The notes: generated from the letters alone by a model not told the origin. Counted from the first letter of the whole stretch, positions 29,609 to 40,655 are shown. The stretch is 63,500 bases of DNA, filler included, from 7 parts of 7 records of this genome joined end to end with filler, not necessarily neighbours in it, one strand, 5' to 3'. Made by a program: numbers and translations.

Positions 29609-32600
29609 ATGACCAATATATATAAGAATATCATCCCTCTACTTTTTACCTTTGTAATAACATTTTTTAACCATTATGCAAAAGCGCAGGCAGAGTTAAG
29701 TTTTGATATTTTCACACAGGAAGATGGACTCCCTGACAATAGGACACATTGCATTTTTCAAGACAAGAAAGGTTGGATTTGGCTTGGTACGAGTCAAGGA
29801 TTAAGTAAATTTGACGGTTACAATTTCACAAACTTCCTTCCATCGAAATACGATTCTACCAGTTTAAAAGGGGCACTTGTACGTGTTATAAAAGAATGCA
29901 AAAACGGAAAATTGCTTATTGGAACGGAAACCGGTGGTTTAAATATTTTTAACCGGGAAACAGAAACCTTTAGCCACCCCTACCAAAATACTCCGTTTCT
30001 TAAAAACAGAGAATTCTCGGTAAACGACATCCAGGAAGACAGTAACGGGCTGCTTTGGCTTGCCACAGATTTCAATCTCTTAACGATGGATTCTTTGTAT
30101 AATTTTAAAGTAATCAATCCGGAAACACAAGGGGAAACCCCAAGCTTAAAAGATGAATTTATCAGCAACCTTGAATTTGATAAAGATGGTAACCTATGGA
30201 TTGGAACAAATTCAGGTCTCTTTAAGTACACCCCAAGTAATAATATACTTGAATACATCGAATTCCCATTCATAAATAACAACAAGGAAATTTGGGAGTT
30301 ATTTTTAGATGATGATAAAATCTGGGTTGGAACATATTCTATCGGTCTGTTTATAATAGATCCAAAAACAATGAAAATTGATAAGGTAAAATTGGATTCT
30401 TCGGTTCCAAGGAGTGAAACAGTTCGTTCCATCTCAAAAGGAGCATTTGGTGAATACTGGATTGGCACCCGGGGAGGTTTATTCAAATATTCAAAAGAAC
30501 AAGGAGTAATAAGCTATTACAAACATAGCCTTCAGGATACCAGGAGTCTTTCAAACAATTCTGTCCTCAGTATTTGTCAGGATTCAAACGGTGATACATG
30601 GATTGGAACGCGTAGAGGAGTTAACCTGCTTGCCAAAAAGAAGCAGGTCTTTCACAACTATATCGCACTTCCGGGAAATAACAGTTTTTTAAACAGTAGC
30701 CCAATATATGCACTATGGATGGACAAAGAAGGAAAGATTTGGGTTGGATCGGAAGATGGAGGAATTAATATTTTTAATCCGAACACCGGCAATTATTCCT
30801 ATCTAACTGTTGATGGCAAAATAGGGCACCGACTCTCAAGAAACTGTATAAAAGCATTTATTGAAGACAACAATAACAACCTTTGGGCTGGAACTTTTAT
30901 GGGGGGAATTGATGTCATTAATCTAAAAACCGGAAAGGTCAGAAATTACAGCCACAATAAAAATAAACCAGGCAGTTTAATTGACAACAGGATCTGGGAT
31001 TTGTGTAAAGACCAAAACAATGAGATCTGGATTGCAACAACAAGAGGCATTAACCGTTTTGATGAAAAAACCAATACATTTATCCACTACCCCCAATTAA
31101 ACGGATTTGAACAAATATTATGGATCGAGTGTGATTCCAAAGGTAATTTATGGATGGGGAGTCTTGACGAAGTAATCATTTTCAATCAGAAAACAAAAGA
31201 AATACACCGACACTTCGAGCACTCTCGGGCAATGTTTGAAGATTCGGACGGAAGAATATGGATAACCACAAATGACAAAGGTTTTGCAATATATTCAGTA
31301 GAGAAGGGTGCAATAAAATATTTCGATGAGAATGATGGATTAGCCAACAATCAAACCTTATGCATGCTGGAAGATTATTCAAACAACCTCTGGATCAGCA
31401 CATCAAATGGATTATCAAAGTTCAATCCGGAATCAGAAAAATTTGAAAATTTCACGTATCGTGACGGTCTTGGCAATAACCAGTTTTGCTACGGAGCTGC
31501 ACTAAAAACGCCATCAGGTGAATTAATTTTTGGAACAATTTCAGGTTTTAACTCTTTTAATCCAGCTGAGATACAAGAAGAAGACACTAATGTACCAATG
31601 GTATTTACCGACCTTAAAATATTTAACAGAAGTGTAAAAATTAACGAAGGGAAAAAACCCATACTTTCTAAAAGCATCTCAGAAACCAACCATATTAAGT
31701 TTAATTATAAACAGAATGTAATTACGCTCGAGTTTGCAGCATTAAATTATGTAAACAGTGAAAATAATTTATACACCTATAAACTTGAAAGATTTAACAC
31801 CGACTGGACCGAACCAAGTAAAATCCGAACCGCAACTTATACCAATCTCAATCCGGGCGATTATACGCTCCGAATAAAGCGCCACCTGCCCAACAACACC
31901 CAAAACAACAACGAATTACAACTGCTTATAACCATCTTACCTCCATTTTGGAAGACCAATTGGTTCTTAGGCATAATCATTCTGCTTATACTGGCCTTTG
32001 GTTATACCATTGTTCAATTTTTTATCAATCGCGAAAAAATAAAATCACAACTCATAATCGAACGTTCAAATGCCCGCAAGTTACATGAAGTAGATATGAT
32101 GAAGCTCAAGTTTTTCACCAATATCTCGCATGAAATACGAACACCTTTAACATTAATTTTAGGCCCGCTAAACAAAATGCTGCAATCGAAATCGATTGAT
32201 AACGAAACAATGGACAACCTCAAATTAATGCACAGAAATACTAAAAATCTGGATCGGTTAATTAGTCAGTTACTGGATTTTAGGAAATTACAATCTGGCA
32301 ATTTGAAGCTTAATCTAACTGAAGCTGATATTGTTGGTTTTATTCGAACCATTGTAAATTCATTTAGAAGCTATGCTCAGGAGAATAACATAAAACTTAG
32401 CTTTAATACCCTTAAAAAAAGGCTTTTCGTTTCATTCGACCCCGATAAAATTGAGAAAATATTAAATAATCTTTTATCTAATGCTTTTAAATACACCGAA
32501 GACAGCGGCTCAATTTCTGTTTATCTTTCATTGGTATTCGATTCTGAAGATGAAGACTTTAACTCTGAGGTTGAAGAAAAACAATTTATTGAAATTACCA

Positions 32601-33676
32601 TAAAAGACACCGGCAAAGGTATTTCTAAAAAGAACCTCGATCGCATATTTATGCGTTTCTTTCAATCCGAAGAAAAGGACTCAAAATCTGGTGCAGGTAT
32701 AGGTCTGGCATTGGTAAAAGACCTTGTAAAACTGCATCATGGAAACATATTTGTCACTAGCAAAGAAGGCAAGGGCACTAAATTCACCATACGTATTCCT
32801 TATCAAACAGCAGTTGAACAGGCAGAATTGGTGGATACAAGCAAAAATGATATCACAAAAGCGAAGTCAAATACCACCGAAAACCTGACTCCGGCAAATA
32901 TGAACAGTAAGATTATGCTTGTTGTTGAAGACAATGCTGATGTAAGACTATTTATAAGCACTCATTTTGAAGCATTTTACCAGGTTATACAAGCAGTGGA
33001 TGGTGAAGACGGCTGGGAAAAAGCGTTGGAGCATGTTCCGGATATTGTTATCAGCGATATTATTATGCCGGAAACAGATGGTTACGATTTGTGTAAAAGA
33101 ATAAAGAACGATGAAAGAACATCTCATATCCCAATTATTTTACTAACAGCTATGCACTCAAAAGAGCATGAATTAAAGGGATTAACAAAAGGTGCTGATG
33201 ATTACATTACCAAACCTTTCGACCTTTCAGTATTACAGGTAAAAATTGATAATATTCTTTCAATACGCGAATCGTTAAAAGAAAAATATGCCTCAACTAT
33301 GGTACTTGAACCAACCAATGTGGTGGTCTCGTCGCCTGACGAGAAGTTTTTGAAAAGAGTTATTGGTGTAGTTGAAGAAAACATATCGGATAGCGAGTTG
33401 GATATTGAGAATTTTGCCATGAAAGTTGGTGTAAGCCGTATGCAATTATACCGCAAACTAAATGCTCTTACCAACATGACAGTAAAAGAGTTCATCCGCC
33501 ACATTCGCCTAAAAAGGGCAATTCAATTGTTAGATCAACAAAAACTTAATGTCTCTGAAATAGCCTACGAAGTAGGTTTTAAAGATTTATCTCATTTCAG
33601 AAAATGTTTTAAACGGGAATTTGGGATGAGTGCCACAGAATACCTCTCAAAAAACAAACAAAACACAAACAACTGA
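29609..33676 (+). CDS. Hybrid two-component system (Reg_prop propellers, Y_Y_Y, TM, HisKA, HATPase, REC, AraC)
   Basis: Repeated G.LWIGT..GL blades, ATYTNLNPGDY, SHEIRTPL, SDIIMP, SEIAYEVGF.D.SHF.KCFKREFG. Confidence 0.96.
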   Translation: MTNIYKNIIPLLFTFVITFFNHYAKAQAELSFDIFTQEDGLPDNRTHCIFQDKKGWIWLGTSQGLSKFDGYNFTNFLPSKYDSTSLKGALVRVIKECKNGKLLIGTETGGLNIFNRETETFSHPYQNTPFLKNREFSVNDIQEDSNGLLWLATDFNLLTMDSLYNFKVINPETQGETPSLKDEFISNLEFDKDGNLWIGTNSGLFKYTPSNNILEYIEFPFINNNKEIWELFLDDDKIWVGTYSIGLFIIDPKTMKIDKVKLDSSVPRSETVRSISKGAFGEYWIGTRGGLFKYSKEQGVISYYKHSLQDTRSLSNNSVLSICQDSNGDTWIGTRRGVNLLAKKKQVFHNYIALPGNNSFLNSSPIYALWMDKEGKIWVGSEDGGINIFNPNTGNYSYLTVDGKIGHRLSRNCIKAFIEDNNNNLWAGTFMGGIDVINLKTGKVRNYSHNKNKPGSLIDNRIWDLCKDQNNEIWIATTRGINRFDEKTNTFIHYPQLNGFEQILWIECDSKGNLWMGSLDEVIIFNQKTKEIHRHFEHSRAMFEDSDGRIWITTNDKGFAIYSVEKGAIKYFDENDGLANNQTLCMLEDYSNNLWISTSNGLSKFNPESEKFENFTYRDGLGNNQFCYGAALKTPSGELIFGTISGFNSFNPAEIQEEDTNVPMVFTDLKIFNRSVKINEGKKPILSKSISETNHIKFNYKQNVITLEFAALNYVNSENNLYTYKLERFNTDWTEPSKIRTATYTNLNPGDYTLRIKRHLPNNTQNNNELQLLITILPPFWKTNWFLGIIILLILAFGYTIVQFFINREKIKSQLIIERSNARKLHEVDMMKLKFFTNISHEIRTPLTLILGPLNKMLQSKSIDNETMDNLKLMHRNTKNLDRLISQLLDFRKLQSGNLKLNLTEADIVGFIRTIVNSFRSYAQENNIKLSFNTLKKRLFVSFDPDKIEKILNNLLSNAFKYTEDSGSISVYLSLVFDSEDEDFNSEVEEKQFIEITIKDTGKGISKKNLDRIFMRFFQSEEKDSKSGAGIGLALVKDLVKLHHGNIFVTSKEGKGTKFTIRIPYQTAVEQAELVDTSKNDITKAKSNTTENLTPANMNSKIMLVVEDNADVRLFISTHFEAFYQVIQAVDGEDGWEKALEHVPDIVISDIIMPETDGYDLCKRIKNDERTSHIPIILLTAMHSKEHELKGLTKGADDYITKPFDLSVLQVKIDNILSIRESLKEKYASTMVLEPTNVVVSSPDEKFLKRVIGVVEENISDSELDIENFAMKVGVSRMQLYRKLNALTNMTVKEFIRHIRLKRAIQLLDQQKLNVSEIAYEVGFKDLSHFRKCFKREFGMSATEYLSKNKQNTNN

Positions 33677-33764
33677 ACACCTGATACTTATACGCCACAC
33701 ACGTAATACAACAAGAACTTCACATGCAATTTAATCCCGCTATTTGGGAAAAATGCCCTCGTCG

Positions 33765-33830
33765 GGGAATCCTCGCTCCTTTTATTGGGAATTATCCTTA
33801 AAATGCCGCAAAAACCATGTATTATATTGC
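33765..33830 (+). promoter_or_regulatory. susC promoter with GGGAA direct repeats (putative HTCS site)
   Basis: GGGAA-N17-GGGAA; TATTGGGAAT, 30 nt, TATATTGC (-7-like). Confidence 0.6.
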
Positions 33831-34006
33831 ATGCTGTTAAATTGCAATCAAACTAATGAATAAAACTAAACGAAATCTAAAAAAAATAAATGCTATAATT
33901 ATCATTTCAGCAATCCTCTTACTTTCTCTGATTATTCTTCTTTTAACACTGCTTCTAAGATAAAACCTGATATAATTAATTCAAATTCAAAACTAAAAAG
34001 TAGACT

Positions 34007-36476
34007 ATGGTAAATCTATTCCGAAAAAACCAAAGCCCGCACAAGAGCAAACTTATAGTGGCTGCTTTGGTTATGTTTCAACTTTTGATTTCTTCTGCTG
34101 TTTGGTCGCAGACCATAACAGTAAAAGGAAAAGTAACTGACCAGGATTCCGGTGAAGAACTACCCGGAGTAAACGTAGTAATTAAAGGGACTACTAAAGG
34201 AACAATTACACAAATTGACGGAAGCTATCAAATTTCGGCTTCCTCTGAAGATGTACTTTTATTTTCCTTTATTGGTTACCAAACCCAGGAGATTCCTCTT
34301 GATGGAAAAAACGAAATTAATGTTTCTCTCGTCGCCTCATCAATAGGCTTAGACGAGGTAGTAGCCATTGGTTACGGAACAGTAAAAAAACGAGACCTTA
34401 CCGGTGCTGTAGCTTCAGTTAGTGGAGAAACTATAGAAAAAATCCCGGTTGCGAATGTAAGTGAAGCACTAACAGGTCGATTGGCCGGGGTAAAAATTAC
34501 CACTGCTGATGGATCGCCTGATGCAGAAATGATCATCCGCGTTCGTGGTGGTGGTTCTGTTACCGGAGATAACTCTCCATTATATATTGTTGACGGATTC
34601 CCTGTTTCCAGTATTGCTGATATAGCACCAACCGACATTGCATCTATTGATGTACTAAAAGAAGCATCTTCAACTGCAATTTATGGTTCGCAAGGTGCCA
34701 ACGGTGTTATAATTATCACCACAAAAAGTGCTGAAGGAGGTAAGACGGTTGTTTCTTACAACGGTTATTACCAGATAAAAAAGATAGCCAATAAAATGGA
34801 TGTTCTTAATACTTACGAGTTTACAATGTTAAACTATGAGTTAGCTGCTTTGGGAGGAGAAGACGACATTGAAGATTTTGAACAACGATACGGTGTTTAT
34901 GATGATTTAGACTTATACCAATACATTGAAGGTACCGACTGGCAGGATGATATGTTTGGATCTGATGTAATTTCAAAACAACACAACGTGTCTATCAATG
35001 GAGGAACAGACAAGACTAAGTTCATGCTAAGCGGCACTTACACCTTAAATGGTGGTTTAATGGAAAACAATGATTATGAACGATATAACTTCAACTTCAA
35101 GATAAGCCATGAACTTGCTGACAATTTAATTTTTAAAGCCAATGCCCGTATTTCCGACATTACCGTAAATGGTGCAGGTGTATCAGGAGATTCATACAAG
35201 GTTAGGACAACTCAAGCTGTTTCAAAGGCTCCTACAAAAGGACTTTCTGGTTTCACAATAATTGATCCTTCAACATTATCAGACGATGAATACGACGAGT
35301 GGGTAAGGGATAACTTAACCCTTTCGGAGTTGGCAGCGCAGTACTGGAAGCGTCAGTACAGAAAAACATACAACTTCACCTCCAGTCTGGATTGGGAAAT
35401 CATTGATGGCTTAATGTATCGTCTTGAAGGTGGGTACGAATACGGTTTTTACGAAAAACAACGCTATTGGGGAGAATACACCAATAATGCCTCATACGTT
35501 GATGGACAACCATTAGTCGATTGGACTAAAGTTAATAGGAGGAAAATGAGGATGGCTCAAACATTAACCTATAATTTTTCGGTTAATAACAACCACGACT
35601 TTAATGTAATGGTTGGACAAGAGCTTGTTAATGACCAGGAAGATGATACTTATATTTATGCTACGGGTTACAGTACCGATCTAAGCCCGGAAAAAATATT
35701 TGCCAACATTGGTTTATCAGATGCAACAACTGCTTCCAGTTCTGTAGATGATGATGAAAACCTATCTTCATTTTTTGGTCGTATGGGATATATTTATAAA
35801 CAACGTTATCTATTCTCTTTAACATTCAGAGCAGATGGCTCATCAAAATTCCCATCCGATAACCATTGGGGATATTTCCCGGCAGCTGCATTTGCCTGGA
35901 GGGTTACAGAGGAACCATTTATGTTATCATCACGGGACTGGTTGTCAAACCTAAAATTACGATTCAGTTATGGTGAAGCAGGGAACAACCGTATTGCAAG
36001 CACCTTATATAAAACTCAATATAGTATAAAAGATAGGAAAGCATACGGAGTAGGAGATAGTTACGCCGGTTATTATGCAACCAGTAGTTCACAACTTTCA
36101 AATCCAAATATAAAATGGGAAACAACAGTTACCCGTAACCTGGGATTGGATATTGGATTGTTTAATAATAAAGTTTCTACAACCATTGATGTATATAAAA
36201 ACTCGGCAAACGACCTGCTGATTGAACGGGATATTGTTGCACCGGGATATACAACAACCACCGAAAATATTGGTGCCACCTCAAATAAAGGTTTTGAGAT
36301 CACAACAGATGCCTATATTATTGAAAAAGAGAACTTCAGTTTATCTGCTAATTTTAACTTTAGTGTTAACCGGTCTAACGTTGACAGGCTTGCTGAAGGC
36401 ATTACTGAGCAAAGCTATGCTTCTGGTTGGGCAAGTACTGATAACAAAGGATATTACGACTACAAAGTTATTGTAG
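34007..36476 (+). CDS. susC: SusC/RagA family TonB-linked outer membrane protein (3' truncated)
   Basis: EVVAIGYG, SPLYIVDG, VLKEASSTAIYGSQGANGVIIITTK, FRADGSSKF, NPNIKWETT. Confidence 0.95.
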
Positions 36477-36576
36477 NNNNNNNNNNNNNNNNNNNNNNNN
36501 NNNNNNNNNNNNNNNNNNNNTTAATTAATTAANNNNNNNNNNNNNNNNNNNNNNNNNNNNNNNNNNNNNNNNNNNN
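36477..36576. other. Artificial contig-joining spacer
   Basis: Same 100-nt N/TTAATTAATTAA block. Confidence 0.98.
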
Positions 36577-38086
36577 GATGTGGCCGCGCCATACCGGCGA
36601 TTTTTCAATTTTCAGGGTTTATGCTGATGCCGATGGCAAACCTGCTGAATATTCCAAAGATAATGTTCCATTTAAGTCGAGACATTATTTGCCTGTTTCA
36701 ATTGACGGTGTAGAGAAAGGCGATTTTGCCATGATCATGGGTTATCCCGGCGGAACGGATCGATATATGTCTTCATGGCAGGTTGATCTGGCTGTAGACG
36801 AATCCAACATGACCATCGTTGATATTCGCGACAGGAAATTAAAAATCATGCGTGAGTATATGGATGCTGACGATGCTGTTAGAATTCAGTATGCATCCAA
36901 ATATGCGCGTACGTCAAACTATTGGAAGTATTACATCGGGCAAACCAAAGGCCTGAAAAGACTAAAGGTTTCGGACAAGAAGCGCAAAGAAGAAGCTGAA
37001 TTTGAAAAATGGGTGAACGCCAATCCCAAAAGGAAAGATAAGTATGGAGAAGCGCTGAAATTGCGGGAAGAAGCCGTTGAACGGATGAAGACCATGAATC
37101 TGGCCCAGATTTACCTGAATGAAGCCGTTTCGAGAGGCAGCGAGATTTTATTGTATTCCAGGAGGTTTAATAAGCTCAAGGAGCTGCTCTCGGAAAAAGA
37201 TGAAGACGAGAAAGCCATTGAACAGGAAATCGCAAAATTGAGATCAGGTGCTGATGAACATTTCAAAGATTATTATCTGCCCATTGATAAAAACATCCTG
37301 GCAGCCATGCTTGAAATGTATTACGAAAATGTACCCAAATCGCAACAGCCTGAGATATTGGCCGAGATCAGCAAAAAAGGCTTTGATGCCTATGCGGAAT
37401 ATGTTTTTGATAAATCCATATTTACATCAAAAGAACGTGTGAATGATTTCCTGGATAAACCAAAAGCCAAAAAGATTGAGAAAGATCCTGCTGTAAAACT
37501 GGTTAACGCATTCATCGAAACCCTGCCGCAAATCCGCAAAGTGATGGGAGAGGCTTACGACAAACAATCCAAAGGAGAGCGATTATACATTGCCGGCCTT
37601 CGCGAAATGAATCCCGATAAAAAATATTATCCAGACGCCAACTTCACCATGAGGCTAACCTTTGGCCAGGTGCTGGATTATTTCCCGGCCGATGCTGTTC
37701 ATTACGATTATTACACCACACTCAAAGGTGTGATGGAAAAGGAAGACCCGTCAAACTGGGAGTTTGTAGTTCCCGAAAAACTGAAGGAACTATATGAAGC
37801 AAAAGATTATGGCCAGTACGGGAAAGATGGTGAAATGGTGGTTGGGTTTATCACCAACAACGACATCACCGGTGGCAACTCCGGAAGCCCGGTCATCAAT
37901 GGAAAAGGGGAGTTGATTGGTCTGGCATTTGATGGCAACTGGGAAGCCATGAGCGGTGATATTGCCTTTGAGCCGGAATTGCAGCGGACCATTTGTGTGG
38001 ATATTAGATATGTACTGTTCATCATTGATAAATTTGCCGGCGCAACCAATATTATTGATGAACTGGAGATTGTAAAAACCAGGTAA
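36577..38086 (+). CDS. S46 family dipeptidyl peptidase (DPP7-like), 5' truncated
   Basis: WPRHTGDFS, YPDANFTMRL, DITGGNSGSPV catalytic Ser, FDGNWEAMSGD. Confidence 0.93.
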
Positions 38087-38131
38087 TGATCTCGTATGAA
38101 TTATAGCAATAAATCAATTACATAAATCTTC

Positions 38132-38164
38132 AAAACCCGGGAAATCATTTTTCCGGGTTTTTTT
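38132..38164 (+). terminator. Intrinsic terminator
   Basis: AAAACCCGGGAAA-tcat-TTTCCGGGTTTT followed by T run. Confidence 0.75.
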
Positions 38165-38260
38165 GTGTCACCATTAAATTAATGCAAACTTAACTGTTGC
38201 TTAAAATTCAATCTAAAATCTCAGGGTTTCTTTGTTTAAATCATACGAACAAATAAACCC

Positions 38261-39127
38261 ATGAGAAAACTAGTTATTTCCAAAGAGTTAACCAACAGAG
38301 ATCAGATTTCGGTAGACAAGTATTTTTCTGATATTTGCCGTTACGACCTGTTAAATCCTTCCGATGAAATAAAACTTACCCGCAGCATTAAGGAGGGCGA
38401 TCATCTAGCATTTAAAACGCTCGTAACTTCTAATCTGAGGTTTGTGATTTCGGTAGCCAAAAAGTACCAGCACCAGGGTTTGCCACTTTCTGATCTGATT
38501 AATGAAGGCAATCTTGGTCTCATTGAAGCAGCCAAACGATTTGACGAAACAAAGGGTTTTAAGTTTATTACCTATGCTGTATGGTGGATCAGGCAATCCA
38601 TCATAAAAGCCATAACTGAGCACTCACGTGTTGTAAGGCTTCCTGCAAACCGTATACATACCATGAATAAAATCAATGGAACAATAAACCAGTTGCAGCA
38701 GGAACTCGACCGTGATCCGGACGAATCTGAAATATCCACTCAAATGAACACAAAGGATAAAGATACCCGGGAGACCATGGAAATTATGAATGCTCACATT
38801 TCGTTGGATGCCCCGGCCGATCAAAATAATGAAACAACCATTTCCGATTTTATTTTCAACGAACATTCCCCATGGCCGGATAAAGAGCTGGATAACATTT
38901 CCATCAAATATGAGATTAAAAGAGCCTTGCGAAATCTTAAGAAAAGAGAAGCAGAAGTCATTAGTTTGCATTACGGCCTTGACAGTGGTTTGCCCATGAG
39001 TCTGCAATCCATTGGTTGCCGGTTTTCTCTTTCCGAAGAGCGCGTTCGCCAGATCAGGAGTAATGCCATTAAAAAACTCCGTGACCCGATGATTGCTGAG
39101 CCACTTCAAAAATTGATGGCAGTTTAA
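38261..39127 (+). CDS. RpoD/SigA-family sigma factor (divergent paralog of the short Bacteroidota primary sigma)
   Basis: NLRFVISVAKKY, DLINEGNLGL, FKFITYAVWWIRQ, ERVRQIR; no region 1.1. Confidence 0.9.
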   Translation: MRKLVISKELTNRDQISVDKYFSDICRYDLLNPSDEIKLTRSIKEGDHLAFKTLVTSNLRFVISVAKKYQHQGLPLSDLINEGNLGLIEAAKRFDETKGFKFITYAVWWIRQSIIKAITEHSRVVRLPANRIHTMNKINGTINQLQQELDRDPDESEISTQMNTKDKDTRETMEIMNAHISLDAPADQNNETTISDFIFNEHSPWPDKELDNISIKYEIKRALRNLKKREAEVISLHYGLDSGLPMSLQSIGCRFSLSEERVRQIRSNAIKKLRDPMIAEPLQKLMAV

Positions 39128-39184
39128 CTTTTGTACATTCCAACCGCTTTTGTATTATTTTTGGCAAAATCAAATCGTTTGATT

Positions 39185-39694
39185 ATGCGCCAATTATATA
39201 TTTTAATAATTGCTCTTTGGATATTGCAATCAGCATCCGGCCAGCAAAAAACCATTGTCATTAATGAGTTTATGGCTGATAATGCATCCGTAATTACTGA
39301 CGAATCCGGAAAATTTGAGGACTGGATTGAGATTTACAATTATGGCGATGAGCCTGTGGATATTGGTGGTTGTTATTTTACAGATGATTTCACAGAGCCG
39401 GATCTTTTCAGGATCCGACTGGGTAATGATTCTACCAGCATTCCGCCAAAGTCCTACCTTTTGCTTTGGGCTGACGACGACTGGGAGGAAGGTATTTTAC
39501 ACCTGGAATTAAAATTATCCCGGCAGGGCGAGCAAATTGCAATTTATGATTCGGACGGCGTAACACTGATTGATAGTGTGTCCTTCCGGATGCAAATGCC
39601 TGATCAGTCAATGGGCAGAAAAAGTGATAATCATCCTGAGTGGATCAGCTTTGATCAGCCTACCCCCGGAGAATCAAATGTAAAACCTGATTGA
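39185..39694 (+). CDS. Secreted lamin-tail-domain (LTD) protein
   Basis: VINEFMADN, DWIEIYN, LLLWAD, PTPGESN; signal peptide from ATG 39185. Confidence 0.85.
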   Translation: MRQLYILIIALWILQSASGQQKTIVINEFMADNASVITDESGKFEDWIEIYNYGDEPVDIGGCYFTDDFTEPDLFRIRLGNDSTSIPPKSYLLLWADDDWEEGILHLELKLSRQGEQIAIYDSDGVTLIDSVSFRMQMPDQSMGRKSDNHPEWISFDQPTPGESNVKPD

Positions 39695-39757
39695 TTTTAT
39701 TAATCAACACTCACAAAATCAATTGTTTAGCTGGAAAAGTAGTGGAGAAATTTGGGC

Positions 39758-39880
39758 AAAAAAAATGTCCTTTGCTCGGAATGAGGATGGAAATGTGAGC
39801 AAAGGACAAGTGCAATCAATTAATCCCTAAAAATCTGTTTGTCATTTAAAAAAAATTACCCTGTTAAAAAAATAAATGAC
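39758..39880 (-). ncRNA. Candidate sRNA B (about 120 nt, no ORF)
   Basis: Consensus -7 box TATCTTTG (39892-39885), 5' hairpin GTCATTTA/TAAATGAC, U-rich linker, terminator TGTCCTTTGCTC...GAGCAAAGGACA + T run. Confidence 0.55.
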
Positions 39881-39925
39881 GAGTCAAAGATAAGGGCAAC
39901 AAGTAGTGATTGTCTATCTACGATC

Positions 39926-39956
39926 AGTTAACGGTAGCATTTGGCAAGTTAACGGT
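39926..39956 (-). promoter_or_regulatory. Direct repeat ACCGTTAACT x2, 21-bp period (LytTR-type site candidate)
   Basis: AGTTAACGGT at 39926-39935 and 39947-39956, upstream of the -7 box of sRNA B. Confidence 0.55.
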
Positions 39957-39978
39957 TAGTTTCATCGATTAAGCGTTT

Positions 39979-40635
39979 TTAGCCATTTTCAATTCCACGG
40001 TTCAAAAATGCGATAAAAGGCTTCATGGTTTTAAGCGTTTTGATTAGTTCTGTGTAGAATGTATTGCTAGTCAGATCAGTGTCAGAAAATTTTCGGCCAA
40101 CGGTGAGGCTTTTATACTTGAGTAGATCGATGTGCTCAAAATCTGCCGGAAAATCTTTTGGTGGTCTTATTAGCTTTTCACCATTTAGCTCTCCAAATGT
40201 TTTTGTGAATGCTTTTCCATTGATTATTTTCAGAAATTCTCCCGGGAAATTGTAGATTTCATACCTGATATTTTTCAGAGCATCAGATTCCGGGCGCCAG
40301 ATGCCGCCGCCAGCAAATGAATTTCCGGGCTCCAAATGAAAATAGTAACCTGCATATCTGCTTTTGCGGCCGCCCTTGCTGAAAACTGCTCCAAGCGCGG
40401 TTTTATACGGATCTTTGTTTTTTGAGAATCGCACATCACGGTAAATCCTGAAAACGCACTCTTTTGGATTTAATAGCTGAAGGTCACTTTCGAAAGTTGA
40501 AATGCCTGCAATAATTTTCGAGACCAGTGTCTCGTGTTCAGATTTAACCTGCAGGAACCAATCTTTGTTGGCCTGAAACCATTCCCTGTTATTGTTCTCT
40601 TTAAGTTCGCTCAGAAATTGCAATATCTTTTCCAT
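39979..40635 (-). CDS. DUF2461 (TIGR02453-like) protein
   Basis: L.ENNNREWF, FRIYRDVRFSKNKDPYK, GYYFHLEPG; likely start ATG 40635. Confidence 0.9.
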   Translation of the reverse strand: MEKILQFLSELKENNNREWFQANKDWFLQVKSEHETLVSKIIAGISTFESDLQLLNPKECVFRIYRDVRFSKNKDPYKTALGAVFSKGGRKSRYAGYYFHLEPGNSFAGGGIWRPESDALKNIRYEIYNFPGEFLKIINGKAFTKTFGELNGEKLIRPPKDFPADFEHIDLLKYKSLTVGRKFSDTDLTSNTFYTELIKTLKTMKPFIAFLNRGIENG

Positions 40636-40655
40636 GGGTTTAAAATTACTTACAT

